Assembly: GCA_030141605.1 (NCBI GenBank)
Contig: JAQGDQ010000010.1
Coordinates: forward strand, 1,364,001 to 1,428,000
Direction of reading: 5' to 3'
Source of the DNA: Tubiluchus corallicola
Lineage: Eukaryota; Animalia; Priapulida
Length of the DNA stretch: 64,000 bases
Shown in pieces: positions 28,768 through 40,500 of this stretch. A program made the position numbers and the translations under genes. Within the stretch, counting starts at the first letter, position 1. Every line of letters begins with the position of its first letter. The notes beneath the pieces are model-generated. The model was given only the letters and a program-made list of their open reading frames with translations, had not been told where the DNA came from and searched no databases.

Positions 28768-29424
28768 GTAAGCTTGGGGAAATGACTACCCGTGATTAAG
28801 TATAACAAAAATTGGAGGCAATCAAATTCTCTACATTATAATTGCGCAACTTAAAAAGAGGCAGTAGGGTCTTTCAGATTCCACCCCATTATCATGTAAT
28901 TGTGCATGCTACAATCTTGCTTTTTCATTCGTTGCTTAATGGTATTAACTGTAATAATTCCTAATAAAAAGCTGTAAGCCAACAAAAGGCTTCAAGATTT
29001 ATTTATTGACCAAAGCAACACTGTAATGAATTCAGCTTTGCCATCGTTGGTTGCTCCCACATTTTTAAAGTCGATCTATCTTCATTGATCTCGCTACGCT
29101 TATAATTGCAAAATTTGCAACTGGAGTTTAACAGTCAAAACATTTCACTCGTGTATATGTATTAAGACCACGATGTTTGTAATCGGATGTTTTGATACGT
29201 TTCAGGATCCTGGAAAACATGAGTCTTGTAATCTGGGTTGCTAATGATAGTCTTTATGCAATAAGTATTAAACTAAAATCAGAACATTTTAATGTACCTC
29301 CTATTTAAAACATTTTCTATTTAAAATGATTAGAATGATTGGGCAGCACCTACTAGATATTGTTTCAGAGCAGTGTACGTGTGTTTTACGAACTTTTTTC
29401 AGGCTTTTTTGGTGCAAATAAATA

Positions 29425-30953
29425 TGGTTCAAGGTAAATATGGAACAAGTTTGGTACTAGGAAAGTTTAGTAGTAGAAAAGTTTGATACTAGGAAAATTC
29501 GATAAAGAGAAAGTTTGGTACAAGGAAAGTTTGGTACTACGAAAATATATTTATGCCTACTCGAAAAAGTTACAGTGGCTAATATTGTTGCTTTCATTTT
29601 TTATTTAGTTTTTTGCTCGTTTGTCTGTTGTTTGCTATTTGTCATTGTTGTTGCTGTTTGTCTGTTACTTGCTTGCTATTTTGGTACGATCACCACTACC
29701 ACCATCTTCGTTATCATTATTATCATCATAATCACCATCGAAATTATTGCTGTCATCATTGTTCCTGTTGCCGTTCTTGTTGTTGTTGTCATCGTCGTCG
29801 TCGTTGTCGTCGTTGTTGTCGTCGTTGTTCTGGTGCTATTTGCTGTTTTTGTTGTCCTCCTCGTCATAAACGTCATCATCATTGTTGTTGTTATTATTAC
29901 ATTTGTTGTTTTGTTGTCGTTATTGTTACTATTGTTATTGCTTTCGGCGATCACTGTTGTTTTTGGTTTGTTGCTGTTGCTATTTTGTCATTGTTTTTAT
30001 TGGTGTAATTGTTGTTGTTGCTGCTGCTTTCTGCTGTTGCTGGTGTTGTTGTTGCTGCTGCTGGTGGTGGTGTTGTTATCGTTGCTGGTGTTGTTGTTGG
30101 TGTTGTTGTTGTTGTTGTTGCTGCTGTTGTGCTGTTGTTGTTGTTGTTGTTTTGTTGTTGTTATTGTTGTTGGCAGCGGAACCGGTGTTAGGGGTGTTGT
30201 TAGTCGTGGTGGTGGTACCAACATCATAATCATTACCACCATCACTGCCACTGCCACTGCCACCGCTGCCAACAGCAGCATCATGACAGCATTATAGCAT
30301 CATCGTCGCCGCTACCAACAGCAGCAATAAGAGCATCAAGAAGGACGGTACTCACTCCATACTGGAGGCCTAGCTCAAAATCAAACTTTGGTTATACAAG
30401 ATGTTGTTTGCAGTGATATCGTTGCCCATTACTGCCTTGCTCTATCTTTGTTTAATAAGCTTTATAAAACAGGAAAAAATGATTATTTTTCTCAAAAAAC
30501 AAACAAACAGACTGACAGTGCTTTTCGAAAATTTGCGCGGTGAGTTGCTGAGTTCAGACTTTCCTGAAAGAATTGCCAAATGTGCCTACATGGATGGGAT
30601 AATCATTCATAAAATTTTAGCTGTCACTCACTATTAATTATGACATTTTATGTGCGTTAGAATGAGCCAAACTTTCTCAATACAAAATTTCATCCCTGCT
30701 GGATAAACATTCCGATACGAAATCTTCATATTTTCCAGTTGAATCAGTCATTTTATACTGAGATATAGAAATGCTCGCTTTTTCGTTCAGTACCAAATTT
30801 TCCAGTACCAAACTTTCCTAGCGCGAAATTTTCCCCGTACGACATTCTCCTAGTACCAAAAATTCCTTGTACTTAAAGAGCATAGTACCAAATTTTGCCA
30901 GTACCAAACTTTCCTCGTACCAATTTTACCTGTACTAAACTTACTCGTACCAA
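29425..30953. mobile_element. Foldback-type non-autonomous DNA element with long TIRs built from 15-16-bp tandem subrepeats
   Basis: (aggaaagtttggtac)n at 29425-29546 and the inverted (gtaccaaactttcct)n at 30781-30953. Inner ends also match (ggtactacgaaaa / tttcgttcagtacc). Confidence 0.7.
29600..30330. repeat. Long degenerate (GTT/GTC/CAT/GCT)n trinucleotide tract
   Basis: Directly visible. Explains the poly-V/L/C ORFs at 29515-30297. Confidence 0.95.
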
Positions 30954-31154
30954 GAAAAGCGGCCCAAGAACACTTTCCTGGGGCACACCAGATGTTACAC
31001 ATACATATTCAGATACATTATTATCAATAGCTACACGTTGGTTTCTATCGTTCAGAAAAGCTTCAATCCATGTCAAAAGATGTCCTACAATGCTGTTTGC
31101 ATGTAATTTCAAAATTAGTTGGGGATGGAAAACAGTGTTAAACGCTTTGTTAAA

Positions 31155-31185
<31 letters not shown>

Positions 31186-32100
31186 GCATCTACTACATTG
31201 CCATCGTCTATAGCTAAACAAAGGTTATATAAACATTCGAGTAACTGAGTTGTAGTGGATCGTTTAGATAAGAAGTCATGTTGCTCTTTTGACAATAAAC
31301 ATTTACATTTTAAAAAGTGAAGCATACTGTCAGCAATACACATCTCCATTAATTTACAGCTTACACACGTAAGTGATATTGGCCTGTAATTATTCGGATC
31401 ACTACAATCTCCCTTCTTATGAATCGGAATAACTTCAGGCAGTTCCAAACATCAGGTAATGCGTCATCTATAAACGACATTTTGAAAGATATAATACAAT
31501 GGAACACGTACATTATTCACCATTTGTTCTTAAATGTATCTGGTATGCCGTCAGGAGTTTTACTTTGCCTGTTTCAGTTTCAGTTTACTTATCATCTTTT
31601 TAATTACAGCAGGCGAGAAATCACAAATGACAAGCCTTCATTATCTTGTACCTTACTTTCAATAGGCAGGGCATTACCCTTATTCCATTACCCTTAACAA
31701 AATGGGCTTCAAAGAATTTGTTTAAAAGATTGGCTTTAGCCTTATCATCTCTAATAATAGAACCACTGTCATCCTTTAAAGGGGATACCCCATTATCATT
31801 ACACCGTTTCTTTCTGACGTAATTAAAAAGGCTGTTGAGATAATTTTTGTTCAAAATTTTTCTTTCACGATTTTTACGCAGTCTTTTAGTTACAGTTTTG
31901 AATTCTTCATTTGCAACGTCATATTAATTTTTTGTGAGCATACCCCTTATAACAATCTGCGCTTACAAGGGTGATGATGAACTTTGTTGGTGTTGCAATT
32001 TGGTTTAAAAAGCATTTGGCAGGTACGTAAGTTTGAATGCTAGATTTCTAACGTTAAAATAATATACAGACAAATTCTCAAAAGATGCATTGCCATTTGT
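30954..32100 (-). mobile_element. Decayed CR1-type LINE (RT fragment; most of the endonuclease deleted)
   Basis: VIPIHKKGD..PNNYRPISLT, QHDF..KRSTTTQL, DAIYI..DFNKAF, WIEAFL.DRNQRV, TSGVPQESVLGPL (ORF 30873-31448). Linker LFNYVRKKR...KAKANLLNKFF. EN start LSVYYFNVRNL at ~32030-32075. Confidence 0.92.
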
Positions 32101-33335
32101 TTCTGCATCAAGACTGGTTGCTCTGTTTGTATGATTAAACAGCTGCACCCGTTCAGCATCATAAAAAAAGTTAAAGTTCCAAGTTATCATTCTCATATCA
32201 GTAATGTGGCTAGAAAGCTCACCTGCATGATTACTGAACGAAAAAAATATCACAAACTTTTTCGCTATGTAAACCAGCAAAAATGTCAATTAAGTTTTCT
32301 TGAATAAAGCACAACCCTCATTTATGTAACTTTGCACGTCCATGTGATTGGTCGGTTTTTAATAATTTGCATTTACTGCACATTTGGAAATAATTTAACA
32401 ACTCAGTAAGCTGAGGTGTAAAACGCTGAACGTTACGGTCGGTGCTAAAAACCCCACACACGTATAAAACATTGGAATCTTTTTTTATATTTACTAATTC
32501 GGTCAATTAAAAGTTTTGGCAGAAGATCTTTACTACAAGCATAAAAGGAAAAAAGTTAAAAACACCAGTATAGAAACTAAAATCAGTACTGCGAGAATAC
32601 CGGGCCCTCATATGGTGTAGTGGGGGTGGGGTCAAGCGAGTGCAGTGCCTTACTCAGGCTGCCACCAAAGTAGAAGTATGCTGTTTAGAAAACAGTCAAA
32701 AATCTTGGGAAATATGTCCAAAATCGCGATAGTTGTTACAATCATACGATCGCGTTTCCTGTGCAAGACCGCTAACTTTTGACTAGCTCCTGTATAGTGT
32801 TCGGACTATAAAAGAGAGTTGAAGTACATTGTCAAAAAGGCAAAAACAATACCCATTGCGCAGATATATGCTTAAGCAGTGGCAAGAGTCGCGTATTCTA
32901 TGAGCATCGGGAGATTTGTTTGATTTAGGACTGTGAATTGTACAATAAGCTACTTTAAGAACTTTACGCCTTTAATGCTGTATTGTTTAGCAGTCAAAAC
33001 AATAATTCGGCTGCAATACAACCTGTCTGCGTACGGTGTCTATGTAAGACGTCCATGTATTGATCAATGGTCACGCTATCAAGAAAAGGTTCCTTCGAGA
33101 AAATTTTCTATCGGAAAAAATGAAAAGAAATTGTGCGCGAAATGATTACTATTGTTTAAATCAGTAGGCTTATCATACTAGAGGTATACCACTGTGGTAA
33201 CAATGGAATCGGGTAACGTTCGAACAGTTTGTTAATCGCGTACATAAGTTACTGCGTTTAGTAGTAGGCCTAACCTATGAGAGCTATTTGTGACAAAGCT
33301 GTACAAAAATATTGAGCCTAAATTTTCAGGTGAAA

Positions 33336-34575
33336 ATGAATTTTGTGCGAAACGCTGTATACAGTAAACATGATGTATTAAGAACAAGGAGATTAACGTG
33401 TGCACACCCGCTGGTAGTGACTGAAAAGGGAATTTTTCGACGTATTCCTTCAGTATCGTCTGTAACAAGTCACGATAGCCGTTGTTCCATGGCTATACAT
33501 CAGCAGCCGAGCACTATAAAGCGAAAAAGATTTGATCAACATATATGGCCTTTAGTTAAGATGGTGCTGGTTTTGACAATTCCTCTTGGAACGTTATTGT
33601 TTGTTGCTGTGGTATCGTTACAACAACGAGTTAGTGACAAAAATGAGTTAAAGGAATTGGAATTACAAACGTATTTCATAGTCAACGTGTCAAACCTTGC
33701 AAAATGGCTAAGCGCTGAGAAGCGTGTAGCATGCAAATTCCTCTGCTGCAGTGACGAGCCCAACTTTACCTTACTTGATGAGATCCATGAACGAGTTGAT
33801 GAAGAAATACAAAATTTTAAAAAGTTATTCGTAAAGGGTAACGTTGCTGCAGAAATATTTCAGGAGGATTATTTCGGTAATCATCATGAATTTTGGGATA
33901 CTATTATCAATTCTTCAAACTGCATTGAAGATGTTATTGACCACAGTTCACATATTATAGATGCTTTTGTAACCTGGGGCAAAAGAGAAGTCCACACTGC
34001 TCAGGGTAAAACAAAATTTTGGAGGAAAATTGTTAGTGCGTTTCTGATAATAAAGTCCCACCGGGCGTTAGGAATCAATGGAGCATTGGGCTACTGTTAT
34101 TTCACACGAAGGGGCCTGAAAGAGGAACTCGCAATTCGCTTTATTGACGCTTCAGTTGAAATTGATCTAATGAGGCGTCAGTCATTTAAATACGAACCAT
34201 CTTACAAAGACGAGTACGATAAAAATTTAAAAGTTGCGTCGCAACTAGCACACAAAGACATGGCAGGTGCAGTAGAAGAAATGACACGGATCATCAAAAA
34301 CAATGAAACTTTTGAAAATGACACAGAAAAAGCAGAAAGATGGTCTGAGAGCAGCACCATTCTTATGCAAGTTAACGCGGACTTAATAGAATTTATCGGC
34401 AAAAATAAAATTGAAACAGTTATAAAACTTATTAAACAAAACAACGTAATACTCATTCTGTACGTTGTCTTTGCGAGTGTTGTTTCAGTCACATGTATAA
34501 TTTTAAGCTCTTATTATCTATACCAGACTTTTCGTATAATTGCAACTGTGCGCAACGTTGCCAGTAAAGTTGAAG
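33336..34575 (+). CDS. NIT-GC exon: cytoplasmic N-terminus, TM1, NIT-like domain, TM2
   Basis: 438-codon open frame. TMs [23 protein letters not shown] and [26 protein letters not shown]. Acceptor ttttcag at 33329, donor GAAG|gtaagt. Confidence 0.88.
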
Positions 34576-37500
34576 GTAAGTGCCATTATAGAATTTACAA
34601 GAACTTTAGAATTTCACTTAGAAAATAATAAAAACCATGACTTTTTGGCCCTATAGCTATATAGACGCACGCTACTTCCATTTAGTATATAAAGTATAAA
34701 CTGAGCGAACGCGACATTAATGCCAGTCGTGTCTTTTTACATAGGGAATAAATTCCTCTAATGGCAGGGTCTTATCCGTCGAATACAACTAAAAATTACA
34801 GGAAAAAACTGCAGGGCAAAAATGGCACAGGCAAAAATGTCACAGGACAAATTGACAGAAATCGAAAAGCAGGAAAAAAGGCACAGGTGTTTCTTGAATG
34901 CAAACAACTTCTATAATAAAACTAAATGCGCTCAGTGGGAAGATCTCCTCTATGACCGAAAAATCCTTAAACATGTTCGTCTGATTATTTTGATTTAAAA
35001 AAAATAAGAAATGTTATAGACAGCATTACACAGTCTTCCAAGTAAAAATTTCTCAAAATTGAAATTAGCACTTATTCTTTATTGTTTTTTGGTGGAGATA
35101 ATAAAAAAGTACCCTATCTTGTAGCCTCGTCTTTCTAAATGTTATAACACTCCTTCTGAGACATCCATGGCGTGCTTCACGAATATTTTTCACTTATTCT
35201 CCAGTCTAGCAATCTGCTTTAAAGTGCTTCTTTCCTCTTCCAATCTCCCACTTCCACAGAGTTTCACGGTTATAGGTTTGGTGGTTTTTGCGTAGTAGGC
35301 TTACTTCTATATATAACAGACAAAAAATAAACAACAAATAAACAACGTCAAAGTATAACTTCCTTTGCACAGGTAACTTCCTTCATTTGTACTTTACAGG
35401 GGTAAAGGTAACTAAAATAATTATCTTTCACAATAGCCTTATCTCTAAACTCATATTTTATAAGTGTGTCCATAGTTTTTTAATTGCGCAATTGTTTTCA
35501 AGTGACATTTTTTGTTGCCTTGCAATTTTACCTGTGCCATTTTTACCTCCACCATTTTTATCATACACCATGGGGATCTATAGCATTCATCAAGATCTCA
35601 AGAGATTCGTGCTCAGAAATGCTAAGAACCTGCCTCGCCTGCCTGCAATTTTCAACATAATATAGGCATCCGGCATTTCGAACATTGGTAATCATTTTAA
35701 CCGTTGTTATTCCAACACTTTGTAACTATGTAAACAATTTGGTAACTCGGCATTTGATAATTCCGATGCATAGTAACCTGGACATAACCAGGGCTTTTAG
35801 TAAGTTTGTTCGTGCTTTACAAGAAGACATTTAGTGAACTGATCAATTGATAACACGGAACATGCGCTATGTTCTCGTTGTGAATGGTCTATAATCGTGT
35901 GTGACTCACGAAGAGGGTCTTGTTTATTAGGTATGTAGTACTTGTAAAATAGATGTTCAGATATAACCTTAGAAAAAGGAAACTCAATGTGATGACAATA
36001 AGTAACGCTACTGATCACTGAATATTCTGGGCTCCTCAAGTGCCCAATTTACGGAAGGTTCAAGCAGTTATGAGGACTCCGAAGTGTGACCGTATATCCA
36101 GTTATATGTATCCGAACGCAGAATGAATCTACGTATTACCACTATAGCAGTATGCTAGCAGTGCATGTACACAGCCTTTAATCAATCACTTTAATTTTGC
36201 AGCAAAACGAGCCTTGGTAGAAATGGAAAAGAACAGATCGGATCACCTGCTTAATCAGATGTTGCCACCATCTATCATCCGACACCTGCAAACAGGAGTT
36301 AAACACATTGCTGAGTCATTTGATTCTGTTACTGTTTCCTTTAGCGACATAGAAGGGTTCGCGGTGATAGCTAGTTTCTTGAAACCAATAGGTGTAGTAG
36401 CATTCTTAAATAACGTCTACAGGTGAGTTAATCACGAAATCTGAAGCGCAAACAGCTATTATAGTCATTTATGGCATGCCAGATGTAGTAATACAACATG
36501 TCCCAGTGTTTAAAAAACACATTTGTAATGAGAAAATTTTAATCACACTGTATGGTATACTGTTAGTTACTGATACTATTTATAGTTACTAACGCATCCT
36601 GCGGTAATAATTGAAACGGCTGTCAAAACGTCCAGCTAAGGTACACAGCTAAGGATACAGGCAGCTATTATGTGAGCGTGTTCAATGCCCATATTTAAAA
36701 ATAAACAGCGAATCACTGAGTTTTGTGAAAATGTATTTCCTAAGTAATTTCTCGCAGAATTTTTATGAAATTTTATCAGGGATGACGATAGCTGTGACAT
36801 ATTACTTTTATGCAGTTTCCACAGAATGGTATTAGGTTTCTAATTAAGTTTGTCTTCACACAGTAAGTTATAATTTTTATGACCGCGTATATGCTAACAA
36901 TTTAGTGTACATGCTAACAGTTTAATCTATGTGGTCGTGCTCGTTTCTGAATAAGTAAAGAAAATATCAAGGCACATAAATCGACCATCAAAAGCTGCAA
37001 TAATAAACGTTAACTTACATGATGTATTTTATTTGCAGTGCCTTTGACACGTGCGTGGGCCAGTTTGACGTTTACAAGGTGGAAACAGTGGCGGATACGT
37101 ACATGGTGGCTTCAGGTGTACCCGAGCGCAACGGCAATCAACATATTGTTGAAATAGCAACCTTGTCACTAGCTCTTTTACATCTTGCCGACGAATTGAT
37201 AATACCTTATACAGACGCGACCTGTTTGAAACCACAATTGCCTCTTCGCATAGGAATTCACACAGGTCGGTTTGGTTTTGTCTGCATGAAATCATTTTAA
37301 AAATACAAACCTAATATGTAGGCCTATTTGTGGCATCCAGTAAAAATAGATTGAAACAAGTCGTTATCACAAACCTAAAATCGCATTGTCAGTATTGCTG
37401 AAAATAGAGAATGGACTTCATTTTATATTACATTGTACTTTATGCGACGACTTGAGATCTAATTTATGTAAAAAACTGAAACAGTTTATATCTCCTGATG

Positions 37501-40500
37501 CTGTTATGCCTGAACAAGAGAAATTTAGATTTATAATGGGTCAGAATGACTTAAATGTTCTTAAAAGTATAATCAACTTTGTATATAATGCAGCTGAATT
37601 ACGTGACAGTATTAATAATAGAATTCCACACCCATGCTTCTAATGTGAAAATATTGGAAATAGGTTGTTAAAGAAAGTAATACTTTTTTAACATTAACTT
37701 ATCTGTCCTTTAAACTGCCGAATGAACCTAAATTAATGTTTCTTAATTAGAGAACGCGTTATCTGTTCTATAGTAATGGCAGTTGCTTATTTGTTATATT
37801 TTTGATGTAATTTTTTGTATGGTGCAATAAACTCCAAGTAAATTGCGAATTCCAACTGTTGAAGCATGCAACCCTGGTGCGTTTAATATTTAACTTGCTG
37901 CTATCTAAGCTTGCTTACTTTGTTAGAATTCTACATTTATAGTATTCTTATTTTTAGTATAACCTGCCTAAAACTATTGTTTTTATTTGTCTGTCCCCTG
38001 CCTGTCAAGTAGGCTGCTGTAAAACATCTATTTGCTGCCATGAACAATCGAATAGCGGCAAAAATATGCACTGCTTTCCTAATATCCATACATAAAATCC
38101 ACTGTACCTACAACTACCCACTACCATCTAACTACCTGTATAAAACCCGTATATACTGAGTAGTGCATGACTTGACTTGTTGCTTTGGGGGGGGGGGGTG
38201 AAAAATAAAGAATAATTGTAAAAAACAATTTATTGTATAAAAATGTCGCTGAAACAATAGAGACATTATCAATCCTTCAACAGTGCAGCAACTCGAACAA
38301 ATCTGTGGTCAATATCTTCCAACACGGCATGGTATCTCACGAGTTTTGACTACTGATCAATGGCATGTTCTTGGATCACCTCAGTTTTCGCCCCGTCTTT
38401 CAGGATAGCTGCAGTGTGTTTGTCAGGGGTGGTGTCCAGTGGATTTGCAAGTCATTTTGTAAAAGTTTTTCAAGTTGTTGTTCAGTCACTTTGATATGCT
38501 TGAGTTTACACACAGAAAAATATGGATAAGAACCAAACGTCTACAATAAACATTTGCATTTCACACAGCAGAAAAGTGTTTATTTAACTATAGAAATGAA
38601 TAGAAAAACTGCTGCACTGAACATTGTACAAAGCTAGAATCCAAAAACAGTCAGTAAAACCTGTTTCACAGCCAGAATTCAGGTATTGAACTTGACCTAA
38701 CCAGACTTGCACAGGTTTCCAACAACCATTAATTTAAAATAGGGAGTGGACCGGTTTGTATGCGGTCACAGGTCGATACAATTATACTGAAGGTAAGTCA
38801 GTTAGAGGAATGTTACAAGATTAGCACATAGATGGCAGGACCATACCACAATGTACCAATACCAACTTCCACACATTTATTTCGATGGGAAAAATTAGTC
38901 GGACAACGTTCGAGCCGCTTCCGTTCATACTCCTCGAGATTGCAGGCTGTGCGAGCAGATCCTCTATCATTTCAGCAATACTTTTATGTAATAAATTATT
39001 CTGTGCTATTACTTGTTATTTTATACTCCCTCAACAAAAGGAAATGTACCACCCTGTAAACATATATCTACCTAGTGCCTATCTACTTACCCATGAATTT
39101 ACTTACCTACCTTTCTGGCAGCCTTTGCATAACTCCATTTACCAGGCCTGCTCGTTTAGCTCTAATGTTTTGTTTTTTAGGTCCGTGTGTAGCAGGAGTT
39201 GTAGGTTTAAAGACTCCACAATATTGTTTATTTGGGGACACAATTAATACCGCATCACGAATGCGCTCTACCGGCACGGGTAGGTAACTTGTCTCGTTGA
39301 AGAAAAAAATGAAATCTGCAGAATGACTGGCTTGCTTATGAGGTGACTTCATTCTGTGCTTATTCTTTAAGCATTCTGCGATTGTTGTTGTTGTTTACTG
39401 TTGTCGTTGTCGCTGTCGTTGTTTGTCATTGCTGTCATTGCTGTTGTAATTTTATTGACCGAGTATTAACCGAAAAAGCAACACCAAAATTCCTATTGAT
39501 CTAAGTGCTAGAAATTTCCGAAAAAGCCTTTGAATTATATTAACAAAACAGCTCGAGTGGTCTTTGTTTTTTTTTTATTAATCAAATCAATCAAATTTTG
39601 TCAAACATCAATGACCAGTCACTTTCTGTATTTGTGTAGGACCTTGAGATCATTCACAGACATTGATTGACCAAACTAAGAAGCTAATTTATCCGTAGTT
39701 AGATGCTATAAATTGAGTGGCTGATTGAATTATGATCAAGTAAACGGTTATTATGGATTAACGTTGGCTTCGATTGAGGTTACATTCTCTTTTCACTGGT
39801 TATCCATTTGTTTATTAACTGCTTGATTGGTTGTTTCACCTGGGTAAAACTTATGAGGCGCATAAGCAATGAACTAACCTTTTTATATCACTTCAATGGG
39901 TCATTATTGTATTTACTAAGGAAAACTCATAAATAAATAAATCATAGTTAAATAAATTATTTTTAATAATTCAGTTCGATTTAATGTTCGATATCATGAC
40001 AGTAGAAGAAATGAGGTTGTTATAAATTTCTGCAAAACAGTGGTAGCACGCCAGTTTATTGTCAATGCAGGCCCAATGGACCCTTGGAATCAGTTAGAGT
40101 TAAAAATTGTCTCAAAATTACGGAAATTTAAAAATAAATACAAAGCTAACATTTTCAATTAGTAATAGTAAATCTCCCTGAAACATTTGTTGTGGCTACT
40201 GCATCAGTTGCTTACCACCACGTTGACTATTATCAATAAATAATGTACGTTACATTTATTAGTTAACAATTATAGTATGCAATATAAGCCACCCTCCATC
40301 TCTCCCTCCTCTTTGCATTAGTTTCTTCTCAAACACTATTACTATTACTAACATTGTTTCTTTTCTTCTTTCCCATGTTCAGAAAGCTTTTACAACCTTC
40401 CTGCTTCTTCAAATTTCTGCTCCTACCATAGCTAGGACCTCAATGTGTAAACTGTAACTGGAAGTTACATTATTAGTTATTAGTTCTATAAGGCATTAGT

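Noticed and set aside
29425-29546. Short direct repeats resembling a CRISPR or iteron array
   Set aside because: Contiguous 15-16-bp units without spacers, paired with an inverted array: a foldback TIR.
29515-30297. 260-aa hydrophobic and Cys/His-rich overlapping ORFs
   Set aside because: Stop-free frames of a degenerate trinucleotide tract, open on both strands, with no domain motif.
38270-38400. Possible hAT/ZNF862-like transposase fragment on the minus strand
   Set aside because: About 40 codons with a stop and no diagnostic motif.
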